A stretch of 62,460 bases of DNA, the filler included, from Squatina squatina (taxonomy: Eukaryota): NCBI GenBank assembly GCA_031763465.1. It is 4 parts of 3 records of this genome, joined end to end, with 100 filler letters (N's around TTAATTAATTAA, not from the genome) between each part and the next. Parts side by side here need not be neighbours in the genome. Positions count along the whole stretch, not along the records: positions 30,661 to 45,847 come from JARFOE010000194.1; positions 45,948 to 62,460 come from JARFOE010000192.1; 2 more parts are not named here. The stretch is one strand, 5' to 3'. A program made the translations under genes and the position numbers. The notes under the pieces were generated by a model. It saw nothing but the letters and a program-made list of their open reading frames with translations, was not told the DNA's origin and did not search any database. Positions 37,891-50,340 of this stretch are shown here, piece after piece (within the stretch, counting starts at the first letter, position 1; every line of letters begins with the position of its first letter).

Positions 37891-38784
37891 ATGTGAACTG
37901 TCCCGTGTTATTGCCACTGCCTTCGGACTAAGCACTCAAGTTGTGTGTTCGTCTCGGCACATCCGAGCTTCCCGAAACTGCGCTCTCCGAAAGTGCACAG
38001 AAAAGCGTGGGCCAAAAAGAATTGAATGCTGAGTTACCCTTCAGATAAAGAGGGCAATCACTCCCATTGGCTTAAACCTGCTGGTTAGATAATTGCCGTG
38101 TCCCCTCAGAGCCACTCTGTTTTACATTTGGAATTCCTTGTTGTTTTTTTCCTTCTCCACTTCTGCGAGCATTCGTAAGGCTGTCCTTTCCTTCCTGTAA
38201 TAATGCAAAGTGAAGGCTCTACAGGAAGGTTATTAATTTGTTTCTCTTGCAAATGCACCGTACGAGTGCAGGAAACAGAAAGGGCAAGGCTGCTGAGTGT
38301 GAAGAATGTTACTTCACTTGGAAGGTTACTGTTAATGAAATGGCGGTGACAGTTTGATCTCTCTGATATCAAAGCATTTCAGACATGGGGAGCCTTTGGA
38401 TTTCAATAAGTGTCTAATAATTGCAGCAACTGCTGACTTTTTAATCAAGATTTATGAATATGTATCAAGAGAGCGGGCACGTTGTTAAGGTTTAATTGAT
38501 CTAAGGTATATATTGTTCAGTGCGACAAAGAAAGGGTAAAGCATAATGAAAGGTGGAACATTGAAGGAACTACAGAGCAAAACATGATTCGAAGAACATT
38601 TGTGTTGTGAGCAGTTGACCGGGCAATAGGTTGGTGTGGCAATTGGCTGTGACACCAGATTATGCCACTGTTTAGCTGAGCAACAACTCTCCATTCTTGT
38701 GAGGTTGTCAAGGGGGCATGTTACATTCAAGGGCACGTGACTACCATGTCGAAAGTGGCGAGGGAAAGATTTGAACACAATGAT

Positions 38785-38945
38785 GAAAATTTTAAAATCA
38801 AAGCGCTGCCGGAATGGAAGCTAATGTGAGCAAAAGGGAGTGACATGTGAACGGAACTCAGTGTGTGTTAGGATACGGGCAGTAGAGTTTTGGAAGAGCT
38901 CGGGTTCACAGAGGGTGTAGGGTGGGAGGCCGGCCAGGAAAGCAT
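38785..38945 (-). mobile_element. L2-type LINE RT C-terminal fragment
   Basis: AFLAGLPPYTLCEPELFQNSTARILTHTEFRSHVTP, resembling L2 LLAGLP...LQ..QN.AAR......HITP. Confidence 0.75.
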
Positions 38946-41354
38946 NNNNNNNNNNNNNNNNNNNNNNNNNNNNNNNNNNNNNNNNNNNNNNNNNNNNNNN
39001 NNNNNNNNNNNNNNNNNNNNNNNNNNNNNNNNNNNNNNNNNNNNNGGAGAAATCACTGCTTTTATCGGGAGAAGTTGCTGCAGTTGTGCAAGAGCTCTGT
39101 TTGCAGCTGCAGTTCCTGGAGACTATTTTTAAATAGACTTTGTTTGCTTTACTGTTTGCTGAATAAATACACTTTTTTGCTTGTAAACTACACTTGTTTG
39201 GTGTAAGTCCTGCCATAAGTCTCACCCTACCTCCAACTCATTGGCTGACATAGTGATGTCAATGGAAGCTCCAAATAAAAATATATAGGAGGTGAAATTG
39301 GTCTTCAGCGAAAACATGAAACGGGTGACAGTAAATCAGCAGCCCATTTTGCACCACACCCGATTTTTCTTTTTCATGAACTGCAATGGGCACAATTCAG
39401 ATTACAGTGGACAGGAGGCACACCAGAAATATGAGAAGGAATCTGGATGCAAGCACAATTGTGTATGCAGGACCACTCTTAATCTTATATAAAGGTTGAT
39501 TCTTGTAACTTTTTAGTTGTAGATGTAGTGCTCATAAATGTTCATGTTGGAGAATGGGCTAAAGCATATTGTTGGGGTAGAGCGGAGGAAGCTTTCCTTT
39601 ACTTCCAGCACATGTTATAACAAACCTGTGAGGTGCTTAGATGCTGAAACTGTGTGCTCAAAGGTATCCAAATTTCTAGCGGAAAAATATATCCAGATAT
39701 AACTTTCGTCTGGATCTACTCTGGATTGCAACTGAGGATATAGATAAGGTTAAAAGCTCTGAGCAATACAACATTTTTTTCTTTTAATAACTAGATGGTT
39801 AATTTAGACAGTTTTGTCGTGCAAGGACAGTGCTATAAGAAAATGGCTTGAGACTGGCCAGGCTCATTTCATATGGGATCCTTAAAAACAGCAGACAGAG
39901 AGCCCTCAATTCTTTGGTCTGGTCTAGATTTAAAATCAGGGATTCCAGAAATGAAAGGTGGCCACAACCATTTGAAGCGACTGTAAGATCAAGGCATTTG
40001 GGGACTATCTGAAAGTATACACAGCTTCCACCCATCTGCACGGCAGTATACATGAAATACTAATGAATTGAAAGCACTCCAGCCTTATGACATAGAGTCG
40101 AGTGTGCGGCCTGGGAGCTTGATGAGTTTTTAGCAACTGAGGGTGGAAAAAAACCATCGGGGCAACATTCCAGTCGCATTCAATACTAATAGCTTTTAAA
40201 GAGTGGAGTTGTTTTCAAGGGAAAACAATGAAAATCAATGTCAAACATTGGTGCNNNNNNNNNNNNNNNNNNNNNNNNNNNNNNNNNNNNNNNNNNNNNN
40301 NNNNNNNNNNNNNNNNNNNNNNNNNNNNNNNNNNNNNNNNNNNNNNNNNNNNNNTGCTTTCTCTTCCTGTGTTTGAGAAAATACAATATTCCAACATTGT
40401 ATACACAGAGTAGCTCTGCACGGTACAAGTTCTGAGTTTCTGTCATTACACTTCTTAATTGAGATGAAGAGCAAGTCCCATAATGCAAGACCAAGGTCAA
40501 AAAGAGCAAAAGCGAAAATAAGGTGATTCAAGAAGCAGTCATTATGTGACGCCAAGGTCGGATTTTAAAAAGCTATAAATTCTAGCAGGAAGAGCAGTGT
40601 AAGGGAGGTCTCAAGATAAATCCAGGAAAGGAAGGCTATTTCTGCTATCTTTTTTCATCAGCCCCGAAAATAAAATCGTACAGTTCCATCACAACATCCA
40701 ACTGCTTCTTAAATGACTCCAGTGCACTAACGGGAAGACCATTTGACTGAAAGAGTGTTTTCTGACAGCAGACCTGAGTCTGGGGAACGTCAGCAGCAGG
40801 TTTTGCCTTGAGTTGCTCGGGGCACATTGAGCCGTAGGCCTCCCATTGGCAAAGCACTGAGATGTGTGACAATATATAAAACATTACCACTGCATACGCT
40901 TTCGCATGCAGTCAAGAAGTGCGTTAAACATCTGTTAATTATGCCTGAATTATAGTTAAGCAATAGCCTGTGTAACTCCCCAGTGCATTGCAGTAATAAA
41001 TCGTCCCCATGCTGATTAAGTACTGAGACTACAGGCTAAAGCACTTAATCAAAATGTAAGAGCTGTTTTTACCAAGCACACAGACACTGGGGAGCAGCTG
41101 GTAGGTCAACGCTAATATTCCATTTGATTTTTATAAAAATTAAATTGAGTAATAATGAACAATGGAGGCAATATATTAACAATACATGTATATTAAAAAA
41201 AAAACAATAAACCTACGACGTCCGTAAAGAAAATCGATTTATTGAGAGCAGCTTNNNNNNNNNNNNNNNNNNNNNNNNNNNNNNNNNNNNNNNNNNNNNN
41301 NNNNNNNNNNNNNNNNNNNNNNNNNNNNNNNNNNNNNNNNNNNNNNNNNNNNNN

Positions 41355-41515
41355 TTCTTATTAATAAATATAGTGAACAGATGAGGTCCCAGCACAGATT
41401 ACAACTAGTCACTTCCTTTCAATTCGAGTACAGACCCATTATCCCTGATCTCTGTCTGCTGCCGCCCAACCAATCTCCTAACCAGGTCAATAATTTGCCT
41501 TCAATTCCTTGAACT
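41355..41515 (-). mobile_element. CR1 RT fragment
   Basis: NWLGGSRQR...SVLGPHLFTIFIN. Confidence 0.75.
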
Positions 41516-41767
41516 ATCACATATATTGATAGACATCAGGGCCCACTGTTAAATAATGTAGAAATAAAAAGAATTGAAAAAATGCTGGAAATCTGGAAAA
41601 AAGAAACAGAAATTGCTGGAAATGTACAGAGTAGTCAACGTCTGTGAAATAAATATTGGATTGATATATGATGGAATTCAAGTTTATGTCCCATTTGTAA
41701 AAGGCGATTTTAGTGAGAGCAAAATTAGGTTTGATATTTGACTTGAAGCGTCATTTGTAAACCTGCA

Positions 41768-42165
41768 GTTGTTCCCCTTAAAGCAGAGAAGGTTAAAGGG
41801 AGATTTGACAGGGGTGCTCAAAATCGTGAAGGTTTTGATAGAGTAAATAACGAGAAACTGTTTCTAGTGGCAGAAGGGTCGGTAACCAGAGGGACACAGG
41901 TTTAAGGTGATTGGCAAAAGGACCAGAGACAACATGAGGAAGCTATTTGTTGTGATCTGGAACGCGCTGCCTGAAAGGGCGGTGGAAGCAGTAACTTTTT
42001 ACAGGGGGTAACATTTAAAAGGGGAATTGGATAAATACTTGAAGGGGAAAAATTTCCAGGGCTCTGGGGAAGGAGCAGCGGGGGTGGGACTAATTGGATC
42101 GCTCTTTCAAAGAGCCAGCACAGGCACAATGGGCTGAAAGGTCTCTTTTTGTGTTGTTTGATTCG
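41768..42165 (+). mobile_element. CR1 LINE 3' portion
   Basis: LFPLKQRRLKGDL, TRGHRFKV, IWNALPERAVEA and FKRGIG segments plus 3'UTR. Confidence 0.85.
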
Positions 42166-42924
42166 ATGATGAATCAGACCCTTGAGGAGAAGAGGAAAGA
42201 GTACTGGAAAACAGCACAAAAGAGAAAGAATAAACACTTCATTCCCCTTCAGCTACTGAATAACTTATTTTCCCGCAGAATATCCCTTGTGTCAATCCAG
42301 TTGCTATATTTTCTTGAATGCTATTATCGGATTATGCGCTAATCTGCATAAATGCTTTACTAAAACTCTCTGAGGTCCAGGGCTAGTTGATCTTTATTCC
42401 ATGCAGTCTCATTAACTGTGACAAATTTTACTGTCAATAGTAATAATTCATTGGCTCGCAGAGCCAGTATTCATCTGATACGGAAATCTGCAGGGTATGA
42501 AAGCGTGGAGCAATGAAGACAGATAGTCCCGCCTGATCACTGGCTGAAAGGGGTGGTGCTTTACGAACCACTTCTCTTCCAATGTTGTGCCAAACCAGAT
42601 TAGGCAGGATGCGAGCACTCGGGTGCGCCACTTGAAACTTAAAACTGTGGGCCGGAGGAGAGTGTGAAGCGGAATCGCGATGGCTGTTCCTGAACAGCAC
42701 ATCCCGCCCTGGCCTGATCACAGCTCTCCGATAGAGCTTCAGCTCATCAATTATCACTCGGCTTTGAAGTGTGTGGCTTCGCGCACAATGGGAAGGAGTT
42801 TAATTAGCTGCGTACCTCACAGCTNNNNNNNNNNNNNNNNNNNNNNNNNNNNNNNNNNNNNNNNNNNNNNNNNNNNNNNNNNNNNNNNNNNNNNNNNNNN
42901 NNNNNNNNNNNNNNNNNNNNNNNN

Positions 42925-42996
42925 GTTCGGCACAACATCGTGGGCCGAAGGGCCTGTTATGTGCTGTATTTTCTATGTTCTATGTTCTATGTTCTA
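42925..42996 (+). mobile_element. Young retroposon 3' tail ending in (TATGTTC)n
   Basis: gttcggcacaacatcgtgggccgaagggcctgttatgtgctgtattttctatgttctatgttc. A near-identical reverse copy lies at 54466-54527. Confidence 0.8.
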
Positions 42997-43654
42997 AGTC
43001 ATCGGCACAGTAGTGTCAATATTCACTTTGAAGAAACTTATCTTTAATGAGTCCCAAACACTGATATCTGGTTGTTTTCCATATACCAGGCCTCCTCTAT
43101 GCCCCAGCTCCTAATAGCACTCAATACCTTCCACCGCTGGCCAGCTATCAAAGAAGCAATTGTGTTAAAACCCAACTGAAGCAAGTTCCCAGACCAGGAC
43201 AAGAAAGGAATGAGTGCCAGGAGCAGCGAATCCGTCAAGGGCCTGAGCTAATGGGGAGATGAGGCTGAAGTGGCCTTGCCCTGCATTATAAGTTTCATTA
43301 GCATACAACAAAGTGAGGCAAGGAGAAAGAAGATAAGAGCAGAATCTAGCTGTCAAAAAAGATTAACGTGGTGTTTGCAATTAACTTTCCAGCGTACTGT
43401 GAAACAAGCTATCCTCTGTGTTCCCTTACATATCTTTCAGTACTGATGAATAACGTTCATTATAACAATGGGCCAGTTAAATTCCTCTCAGCAGCTGACA
43501 TACACTCACCTCAAGGCATGGAATGGTGGAAGTTACAGATGATGATATTATGCTGAACATGCTTGGAAAGAATTCCATCCACTGGTTTATCAGAGGAGTT
43601 AACCCAGCAGTAGTTTGGGTTAGTTGTCCACATGATGCCATTGCTGACAGGAAC

Positions 43655-43810
43655 TTCGAGCAGAAGAGGTCTCCCTGGTGTCCTAGCCAACATTGGTCCC
43701 TTGACCAACACCGGCAAAAAAAGAGGACCTGGCCATTTCTCCCGATGCTGTTTGCGGGACCTTGCTGTGTATAAATTGGGCGCGGAGTTTCCCTACTTTA
43801 CCACAGAGCG
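43655..43810 (+). mobile_element. Deu-domain SINE fragment
   Basis: gagcagaagaggtctccctggtgtcctagccaacatt...gctgtttgcgggaccttgctgtg. Confidence 0.6.
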
Positions 43811-45847
43811 TCCAGTGCTGTCTAGTTTACATTTGAGTAATTAGTCGACACTCTAGACTGAAAACAAGAACCTAATTGGATTGGTCACCATCATCATCAA
43901 CCAGTGACCAAGGGGGAAATTTTAACCCAAAAACCAGGTGTGTTGGGGGTCAGGGGAGAATTTAAAGCTGGATCCAGGTGGTAAGTGCCTTTACACTTAA
44001 CTCTTGGATCCAGCGTCCCTGCCTCACCCATCCCCCGCCATCAGAGAACCCCCAATGAGGCCTCCCCCTTTCCCCCTACCCCATGCTCCTCCGGACCTCT
44101 GATGATGCTCCTGGCTCCCCTATCGGCAGAGCCTGCGGGAACCCCGCTCTCCCAGGTTTCCCGACCACTTCCAAGCACCCCCTGCCAACCCCCGCTCCCA
44201 ACAAGTCAAAGTATTAAAAATCAGGTCCAAATATTTGTTTTGTACAGTTTAGTGCCACACCATTTACCTGTTATGACCTAATTGCCAGATGGCGGCACTG
44301 GTAGGGAAACCTCCCTCTAGCACTATGATATCGCTGAATCACGGGTATGCTTCTTTATACTTCTCTGACCACCAAGCTCCAATNNNNNNNNNNNNNNNNN
44401 NNNNNNNNNNNNNNNNNNNNNNNNNNNNNNNNNNNNNNNNNNNNNNNNNNNNNNNNNNNNNNNNNNNNNNNNNNNNNNNNNNNTGCTTTTGAAAGGCATT
44501 ATGTATAAATGCAGGTCTCTTTTTCACGATAGTGACCCCAGGCTTTGTCAGCGAGCTGGGCTTTATTGCCCTTGACCTTCTGCACATAAAATGGGGCATC
44601 ATTGCTACAGATCCTCATGGCTTCTGACAACATTCAAAATGTGCAGAAAAGATCCCCTGCAGAGCAAGAGATGAGAGAAAGAAAGCATTTGCTTGCGCTC
44701 AATACTGCGAGCTCTGCAGTGGTGATTATGTAACGTCAAGTCAATGTATGTCTGTTCTGAGCTCTTTTATGTTTCCCTTGATGCCAGAGATGTTCATGGA
44801 AATTGAGAACATCTGTAGTTTATGACAAGCATCAGTCATGGCCCATTGGGCGCATGGTGCCAGTTCAAAACAAGGGCTGGCTGTATCTCTCCGAAGTACA
44901 TCATCGACTGCTCATGCCTTTAATGGTTTGAGGCCTAGGAAGACATTGTCCGCTATTAAGCCTGACAAAGACTAATTATGTAAATGTGTTAAGAGCCCGT
45001 CTACAGCATGGTCCCATTTCAGACCTGCGTGTGATTCATGAAGAGAGCTGTGCAAATCACAAGGGAATTCTTTCCAGCCCAGTGAATGTAATCAACTTTC
45101 AGATCATATTGCAGTTATTATTAATATTATATTCTGATAAGAAAATGTGGGGCAGGTGTTTTGTTGGAATAAGCATACTTAGATTGTGTCCTGATTATAT
45201 GTTTTGTTTCCTTGCTGCAGAGGAAATTAGATATCTCTCTTTCCCAGACACAAATACACAAAGAATGTCTCTAATATTTGAAACTAGACAAGTTCTGTGC
45301 AACTTTATATTCAATACGAGAAGCGTGTTGTTCTTATGTTATATGATTTTCACACTCCTCGTAATTCAGTGTCAAATGAAAAGGGGAAAACTGGAGCCTG
45401 GAAATTTATGCGGTGCGACATTCGCATACTAACGCTTAACGCGCTTGTATCCAATTCCTCTGCCAGAGGCATTAATCCATTCATAAGCTCATATCACAAA
45501 CTGCCACCTCCAGCTTAAATTTAGTGTGTTCAGAGCAAGTTCACATTCAGCAACTCGCTGCCAGCTTACACATTCCATCCTGCAGATCATCTGACTCGGC
45601 AGGACGGACTGCTTGATGGCAGCATCAGGGCAGCTGTTTTGGGGCTGGGCCATCTCTTAAATTCTCGGTCACAAACTGATAAATGATAAGAAGTAATTGT
45701 CTCCTCGGAGTGTGCTGTTGGACTTGGAGTATTGTCTGGGAATGGCCGTACTTTCAACTGCCTGAGACCTGAATCTCTGGAATTCCCTCCCTAAACCTCC
45801 CCTCCTATAAGATGATCCTTAAAACCTACCTTTGTCCAAGCTTTTGG

Positions 45848-45947
45848 NNNNNNNNNNNNNNNNNNNNNNNNNNNNNNNNNNNNNNNNNNNNTTAATTAAT
45901 TAANNNNNNNNNNNNNNNNNNNNNNNNNNNNNNNNNNNNNNNNNNNN
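45848..45947. other. Artificial scaffold-joining spacer
   Basis: 44N-TTAATTAATTAA(45892-45903)-44N. Confidence 0.95.
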
Positions 45948-46309
45948 TTGTGTCAGGTTGAATGTGAAAAGATTCAATTTGGATGTGAGGGTGTAGAAGG
46001 CTGTAGAGTTAGTTGGGGCAAAGGCATGCCTTTTAACGAATCTTCTTAATGAATAACATGCACTAGTTTTATTAATAACAACTCACATAACCTGGGTCAT
46101 AGAAGTCTGCACAGATGAAATTAAAATTCAGTATTTAAAAGGTCCAGTTTCCTGGTCAATTTTACTCTAATTGGTTACTCAAAATACCGAATAGACACTT
46201 GACTTTCAAACTGAAATGAACACAAAACCTTAATTCAGAAAGAAAAGGATTTATCCCATTGCCACTAACTTGTCCCTCACAACATTGTCTTTCATTTTAT
46301 TTCTTCCAG

Positions 46310-46431
46310 GTAACAGATCTTATGTCCACCCTGAGTCTCCAAACACTGGGGCTCACTGGATGAGACAAGAGATTTCCTTTGGGAAACTTAAACTGACTAA
46401 CAACAAAGGCGCAACTAACAACAGCACTCAG
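46310..46431 (+). CDS. EOMES: EOMES (Tbr2) T-box exon (122 nt)
   Basis: ttcttccAG|...CAG|GTgagg. Encodes (G)[40 protein letters not shown], a Tbr1-subfamily T-box. Confidence 0.95.
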
Positions 46432-46530
46432 GTGAGGCAGTGAAGGCAGGATGCACCTCTGTCCGATGTGTTAGACTGAAATTAACCATGTGGAGAATGT
46501 GTAACAGTTGCATGTTTTTCATTCTTACAG

Positions 46531-46662
46531 ATGGTGGTGTTGCAGTCCTTGCACAAATACCAACCACGACTTAATATAGTGGAGGTGAATGAAGATGGTG
46601 CAGAAGATATAAGTGACTCTACGAAAACTCAAACTTACACCTTCCCAGAAACACAGTTCATT
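46531..46662 (+). CDS. EOMES: EOMES T-box exon, truncated by a gap
   Basis: Follows a 99-nt GT-AG intron. Encodes [44 protein letters not shown]. Confidence 0.95.
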
Positions 46663-47065
46663 NNNNNNNNNNNNNNNNNNNNNNNNNNNNNNNNNNNNNN
46701 NNNNNNNNNNNNNNNNNNNNNNNNNNNNNNNNNNNNNNNNNNNNNNNNNNNNNNNNNNNNNNNNNNNNNNNNNNNNNNNNNNNNNNNNNNNNNNNNNNNN
46801 NNNNNNNNNNNNNNNNNNNNNNNNNNNNNNNNNNNNNNNNNNNNNNNNNNNNNNNNNNNNNNNNNNNNNNNNNNNNNNNNNNNNNNNNNNNNNNNNNNNN
46901 NNNNNNNNNNNNNNNNNNNNNNNNNNNNNNNNNNNNNNNNNNNNNNNNNNNNNNNNNNNNNNNNNNNNNNNNNNNNNNNNNNNNNNNNNNNNNNNNNNNN
47001 NNNNNNNNNNNNNNNNNNNNNNNNNNNNNNNNNNNNNNNNNNNNNNNNNNNNNNNNNNNNNNNNN

Positions 47066-47659
47066 GCCCGGTTCTACAATGGTGAACGAGCAGTGCCCCA
47101 GACGAGCGGCATCTTGTCACCCCAACAGACCGAGGAGTCCAGCAACCCTCCCCAGAGGTGGTTTGTCACCTCTGTACAACAGCCTGGCACCAACAGATTG
47201 GACTTTACCTCTTACGACACAGATTATGCTACCAATGCCTTGCTGCCCTACGGTCTCAAACCTCTACCCATCCAATCTGCTCATTCTCTGAGCTACTATC
47301 CTGACCCAACATTTGGCTGGGGCTCCAGGAGTTCCCAGTACCAGAGAAAGATAGCCTCTGGGCTAACATGGTCCTCCAGAACGAGCCCACCAGCTTTCCC
47401 AGAAGACCAAGTGTTGTCCACTGAAGAAAAGTCAAGAGAAGAAGCCAACTCACCCTGGATTGAAACCCCTCCGTCTATCAAATCCATGGACTCAGACTCT
47501 GGACTCTATGAAAATGCCTGCAAGAGAAGAAGGGTCTCAGCTGGCAATTCGAGCACTGAAAACTCCCCAACAATCAAATGCGAGACAATTACTTCTAAAG
47601 AGTATAGCAAGGATGGCGCAAAAGCGATGGGCTATTATACTTTCTACACCAGCCCTTAA
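47066..47659 (+). CDS. EOMES: EOMES last coding exon (5' part in gap)
   Basis: ARFYNGERAVPQTSGILSPQQ...PQRWFVT...WIETPPSIKSMDSDSGLYENACKRRRVS...SPTIKCE...EYSKD..KAMGYYTFYTSP*. The C-terminus is EOMES-type, not TBR1-type (GYYGFYSHS). Confidence 0.95.
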   Translation, partial: ARFYNGERAVPQTSGILSPQQTEESSNPPQRWFVTSVQQPGTNRLDFTSYDTDYATNALLPYGLKPLPIQSAHSLSYYPDPTFGWGSRSSQYQRKIASGLTWSSRTSPPAFPEDQVLSTEEKSREEANSPWIETPPSIKSMDSDSGLYENACKRRRVSAGNSSTENSPTIKCETITSKEYSKDGAKAMGYYTFYTSP

Positions 47660-48180
47660 AGTATTCCTGTGAAGTTTGCCTGTATATATCCAATCCATTC
47701 ACCAAATGTTGAGATGGTCTTACAAGTGCCAAAAAGACTAAAGTTTCCTTCCATCTNNNNGAACTGGTCTTGTACAGTCTACTAGTGCAATCAAATTTTT
47801 AAGAAGGTGCCAAAGCTTTCTGATGCTGTAAGCAACAAGATGGACGTATTCTAGTTAAGCCCGTCCTCAATGTGATGTCCAATAATATATAGTATTACTT
47901 TTAGAAGGAATTTCTTTGGGGTGGGTGGGGGGTGCGTTAAGTACCAGATTGACTTTTACCATATGTGGTTTTATTTATTTGAGGATACAATGATGTACAG
48001 TTCCTGTTCTGTATAGTCTACTGTAGAATAGATGCAGTATGGTGTAAAAGATGACAGTGTTAGTTCGATGACTGAAACCCAGTCCTTTCCAGTTCCATCA
48101 GTATGTACAGATTAAGCAAAAACAGCTCTTTTCAAGCATTACATTTTTCAAAAGCAATAAAGTAAGACTGGATCAGACTG
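47660..48180 (+). promoter_or_regulatory. EOMES 3'UTR with miRNA seed matches and candidate polyA signal AATAAA (48156-48161)
   Basis: Directly follows the stop codon. GTGCCAAA at 47726 and 47807, GTGCAAT at 47785, AATAAA at 48156. The 3' end is inferred. Confidence 0.55.
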
Positions 48181-49854
48181 CAAATTTCAACTTTTGAATT
48201 GGATACTGTGAGTAAGGATTTAATGTACTTGTAGAGTCTTGATAAATGCATAACTAATGCCCTTATAGTTCTGACCTTTTCCCATCTGTCATTCACATAC
48301 CAGATATAGAATGCCGCAAAACTTGTTGGCAAATTAGATATGTGTTTACCAGGCTTCAGGTGGCCATTTGATTGTAATTTTGGAAATTAAAATCTCACAT
48401 AAGGCAATGGCGCATTTTAAAGTGTCTATATATGTACCATCGGGTTTTTAAAAAAATACTTTTTCAATGTATGCAATCATTCTCTCTATACGTGCTGAAT
48501 TGAGATCATTTTAAAAGTCCCTACAGTCTTCATACCAAGATTCTAATCTAGTCTTGAAATATACTTTGCTTCATGTTTTAAGAAAACAAACCAGGGCTTC
48601 ATTGAAAGCTCGTGTCCATAGGTGGCCAGCAGTATAAAGCAGCAGATCCGTAAGAATTGGTTAAAACACAGTGTACTGAAATTCCATCATTGACAATGCA
48701 TTCATAGACAGGCTCCATGAAAAATGATGAGCTCACTGATATTTCCAAATGATATATTCTGTCTAAAAATCGTGAGAAGGAAGAAAATCGGAGAAGAGCG
48801 AGCGAAAAGTTTGTGGAATATTTTTGATGGTTCGAACAATCATACGAGAGAATTCCGAATAAAAAGCCTGTCTACTTTTTGATGGTAAAAGNNNNNNNNN
48901 NNNNNNNNNNNNNNNNNNNNNNNNNNNNNNNNNNNNNNNNNNNNNNNNNNNNNNNNNNNNNNNNNNNNNNNNNNNNNNNNNNNNNNNNNNNGAGATGTTC
49001 GTGTAACAGGGCAAGATGGGCAAGGCCAGTGTTTCCTCCCTTCAGGTGGAATGCACAGTTATTGTGAGGCACCCATCTAGCAGCCTGGCCAAGAGCTGCT
49101 GAAACTCATTACAACAGTGGCAGGTGAATTCAAGTATCCAGCAGCCCTGGGACCCAAGCCTGTGACCATCTGGTTATGAAGCCAGTGCTATGCTCATATG
49201 ACCCCCACCAGCCTGCAGGGGAGACCATTTTATTTTTGTTCTTATCTACAGTACAAACCCGTCAAAAATGCACATTTTCTGAACAATTAAAAAAATATAA
49301 TCTATATATTGAGAACTTCTAGCATGTATACAAGAGCTGCTAAATTCAGTGAGATTTATCATCAAAATGAGTGAAACAATTAGATTATAAATCTAATTAA
49401 ACATATTAGAGTAAGTTTTCCAGTTTTCTAGAATCAAATCTTACCTGCAATGGGAGTGTGAAGGTTAGAGCACCCCACACAATTTTCTGTCCATTTATTT
49501 ACTAAATTTTTAATTAAAAAATGAATGGATGGAAGATTATGCAGGTACATTTAATTCCTTAGCAGTAAAATACTGTATAGTCTATACAAGGGAAATTTCA
49601 GGTGGGATTTGATAAGCAGGTTGGGCTAATCAGTGGAATATGTTGTGGGTGGCTCTGATTGTGGTATTATGGCTCCAGATGGCTCAAGGAGGGATTTCAA
49701 AGCTAATTATTGGAAAACATAAGGGAGATCTGTCCCAATTNNNNNNNNNNNNNNNNNNNNNNNNNNNNNNNNNNNNNNNNNNNNNNNNNNNNNNNNNNNN
49801 NNNNNNNNNNNNNNNNNNNNNNNNNNNNNNNNNNNNNNNNTTCCACTTTCTGAA

Positions 49855-50340
49855 TGCTCAGCTCAGTAGCAACCTTCAGCACTGGATTCTGCAAGTCAAT
49901 GCTCACTTCTTAGGCACCTATTGCAATCATTTTAAGGCAGCCTACGTTCCTACCAAGTTTCAGGATGTCTCCTGGGTAGACAGGTAACCCTTTGCAACAA
50001 TTTCTAAAGGCAACTCCCCAATATCTCAGGACACCAGCTGCACATAGGTGTTTGCCTTCACTCAAGTCATCACTGAGCATACCATTAGCATGGGAAAATA
50101 TTATTTCTGATGCCTGGACAGATCTGAAGACATTATGCTTTGCAACCCAGCTAAGGTTTCTAGGATTGTGATATCGTGCTGCAGGCTGCACAACTTCACT
50201 CTGAAAGGAACATCATCCTGAAGACCCAGGGTGAGAAAGGCCCCCAGGGACAGCAAACAGTCTACCAAGATGAGCAGGAAGAAACTGAAGAGATTGCAGA
50301 ACAGGACTTGATGCTGGCAGCAAAAACTATTCAGCAAGCT
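49855..50340 (+). mobile_element. Decayed Harbinger transposase (DDE core to C-terminus)
   Basis: NAQL...ILQVNAHF.G and TQVITEHTISMGKYYF*CLDRSEDIMLCNPAKVSRIVISCCRLHNFTL, followed by an acidic tail. Contains stops and frameshifts. Confidence 0.8.

Noticed and set aside
44281-44300. CTCF-like motif (TTGCCAGATGGCGGCA); a similar one lies near 3046-3059
   Set aside because: Only a partial match by eye. It cannot be supported without PWM scoring or ChIP data.
49855-50340. Host HARBI1 gene
   Set aside because: It has in-frame stops and frameshifts, and several divergent relics occur in the window, so it is a transposon fossil.
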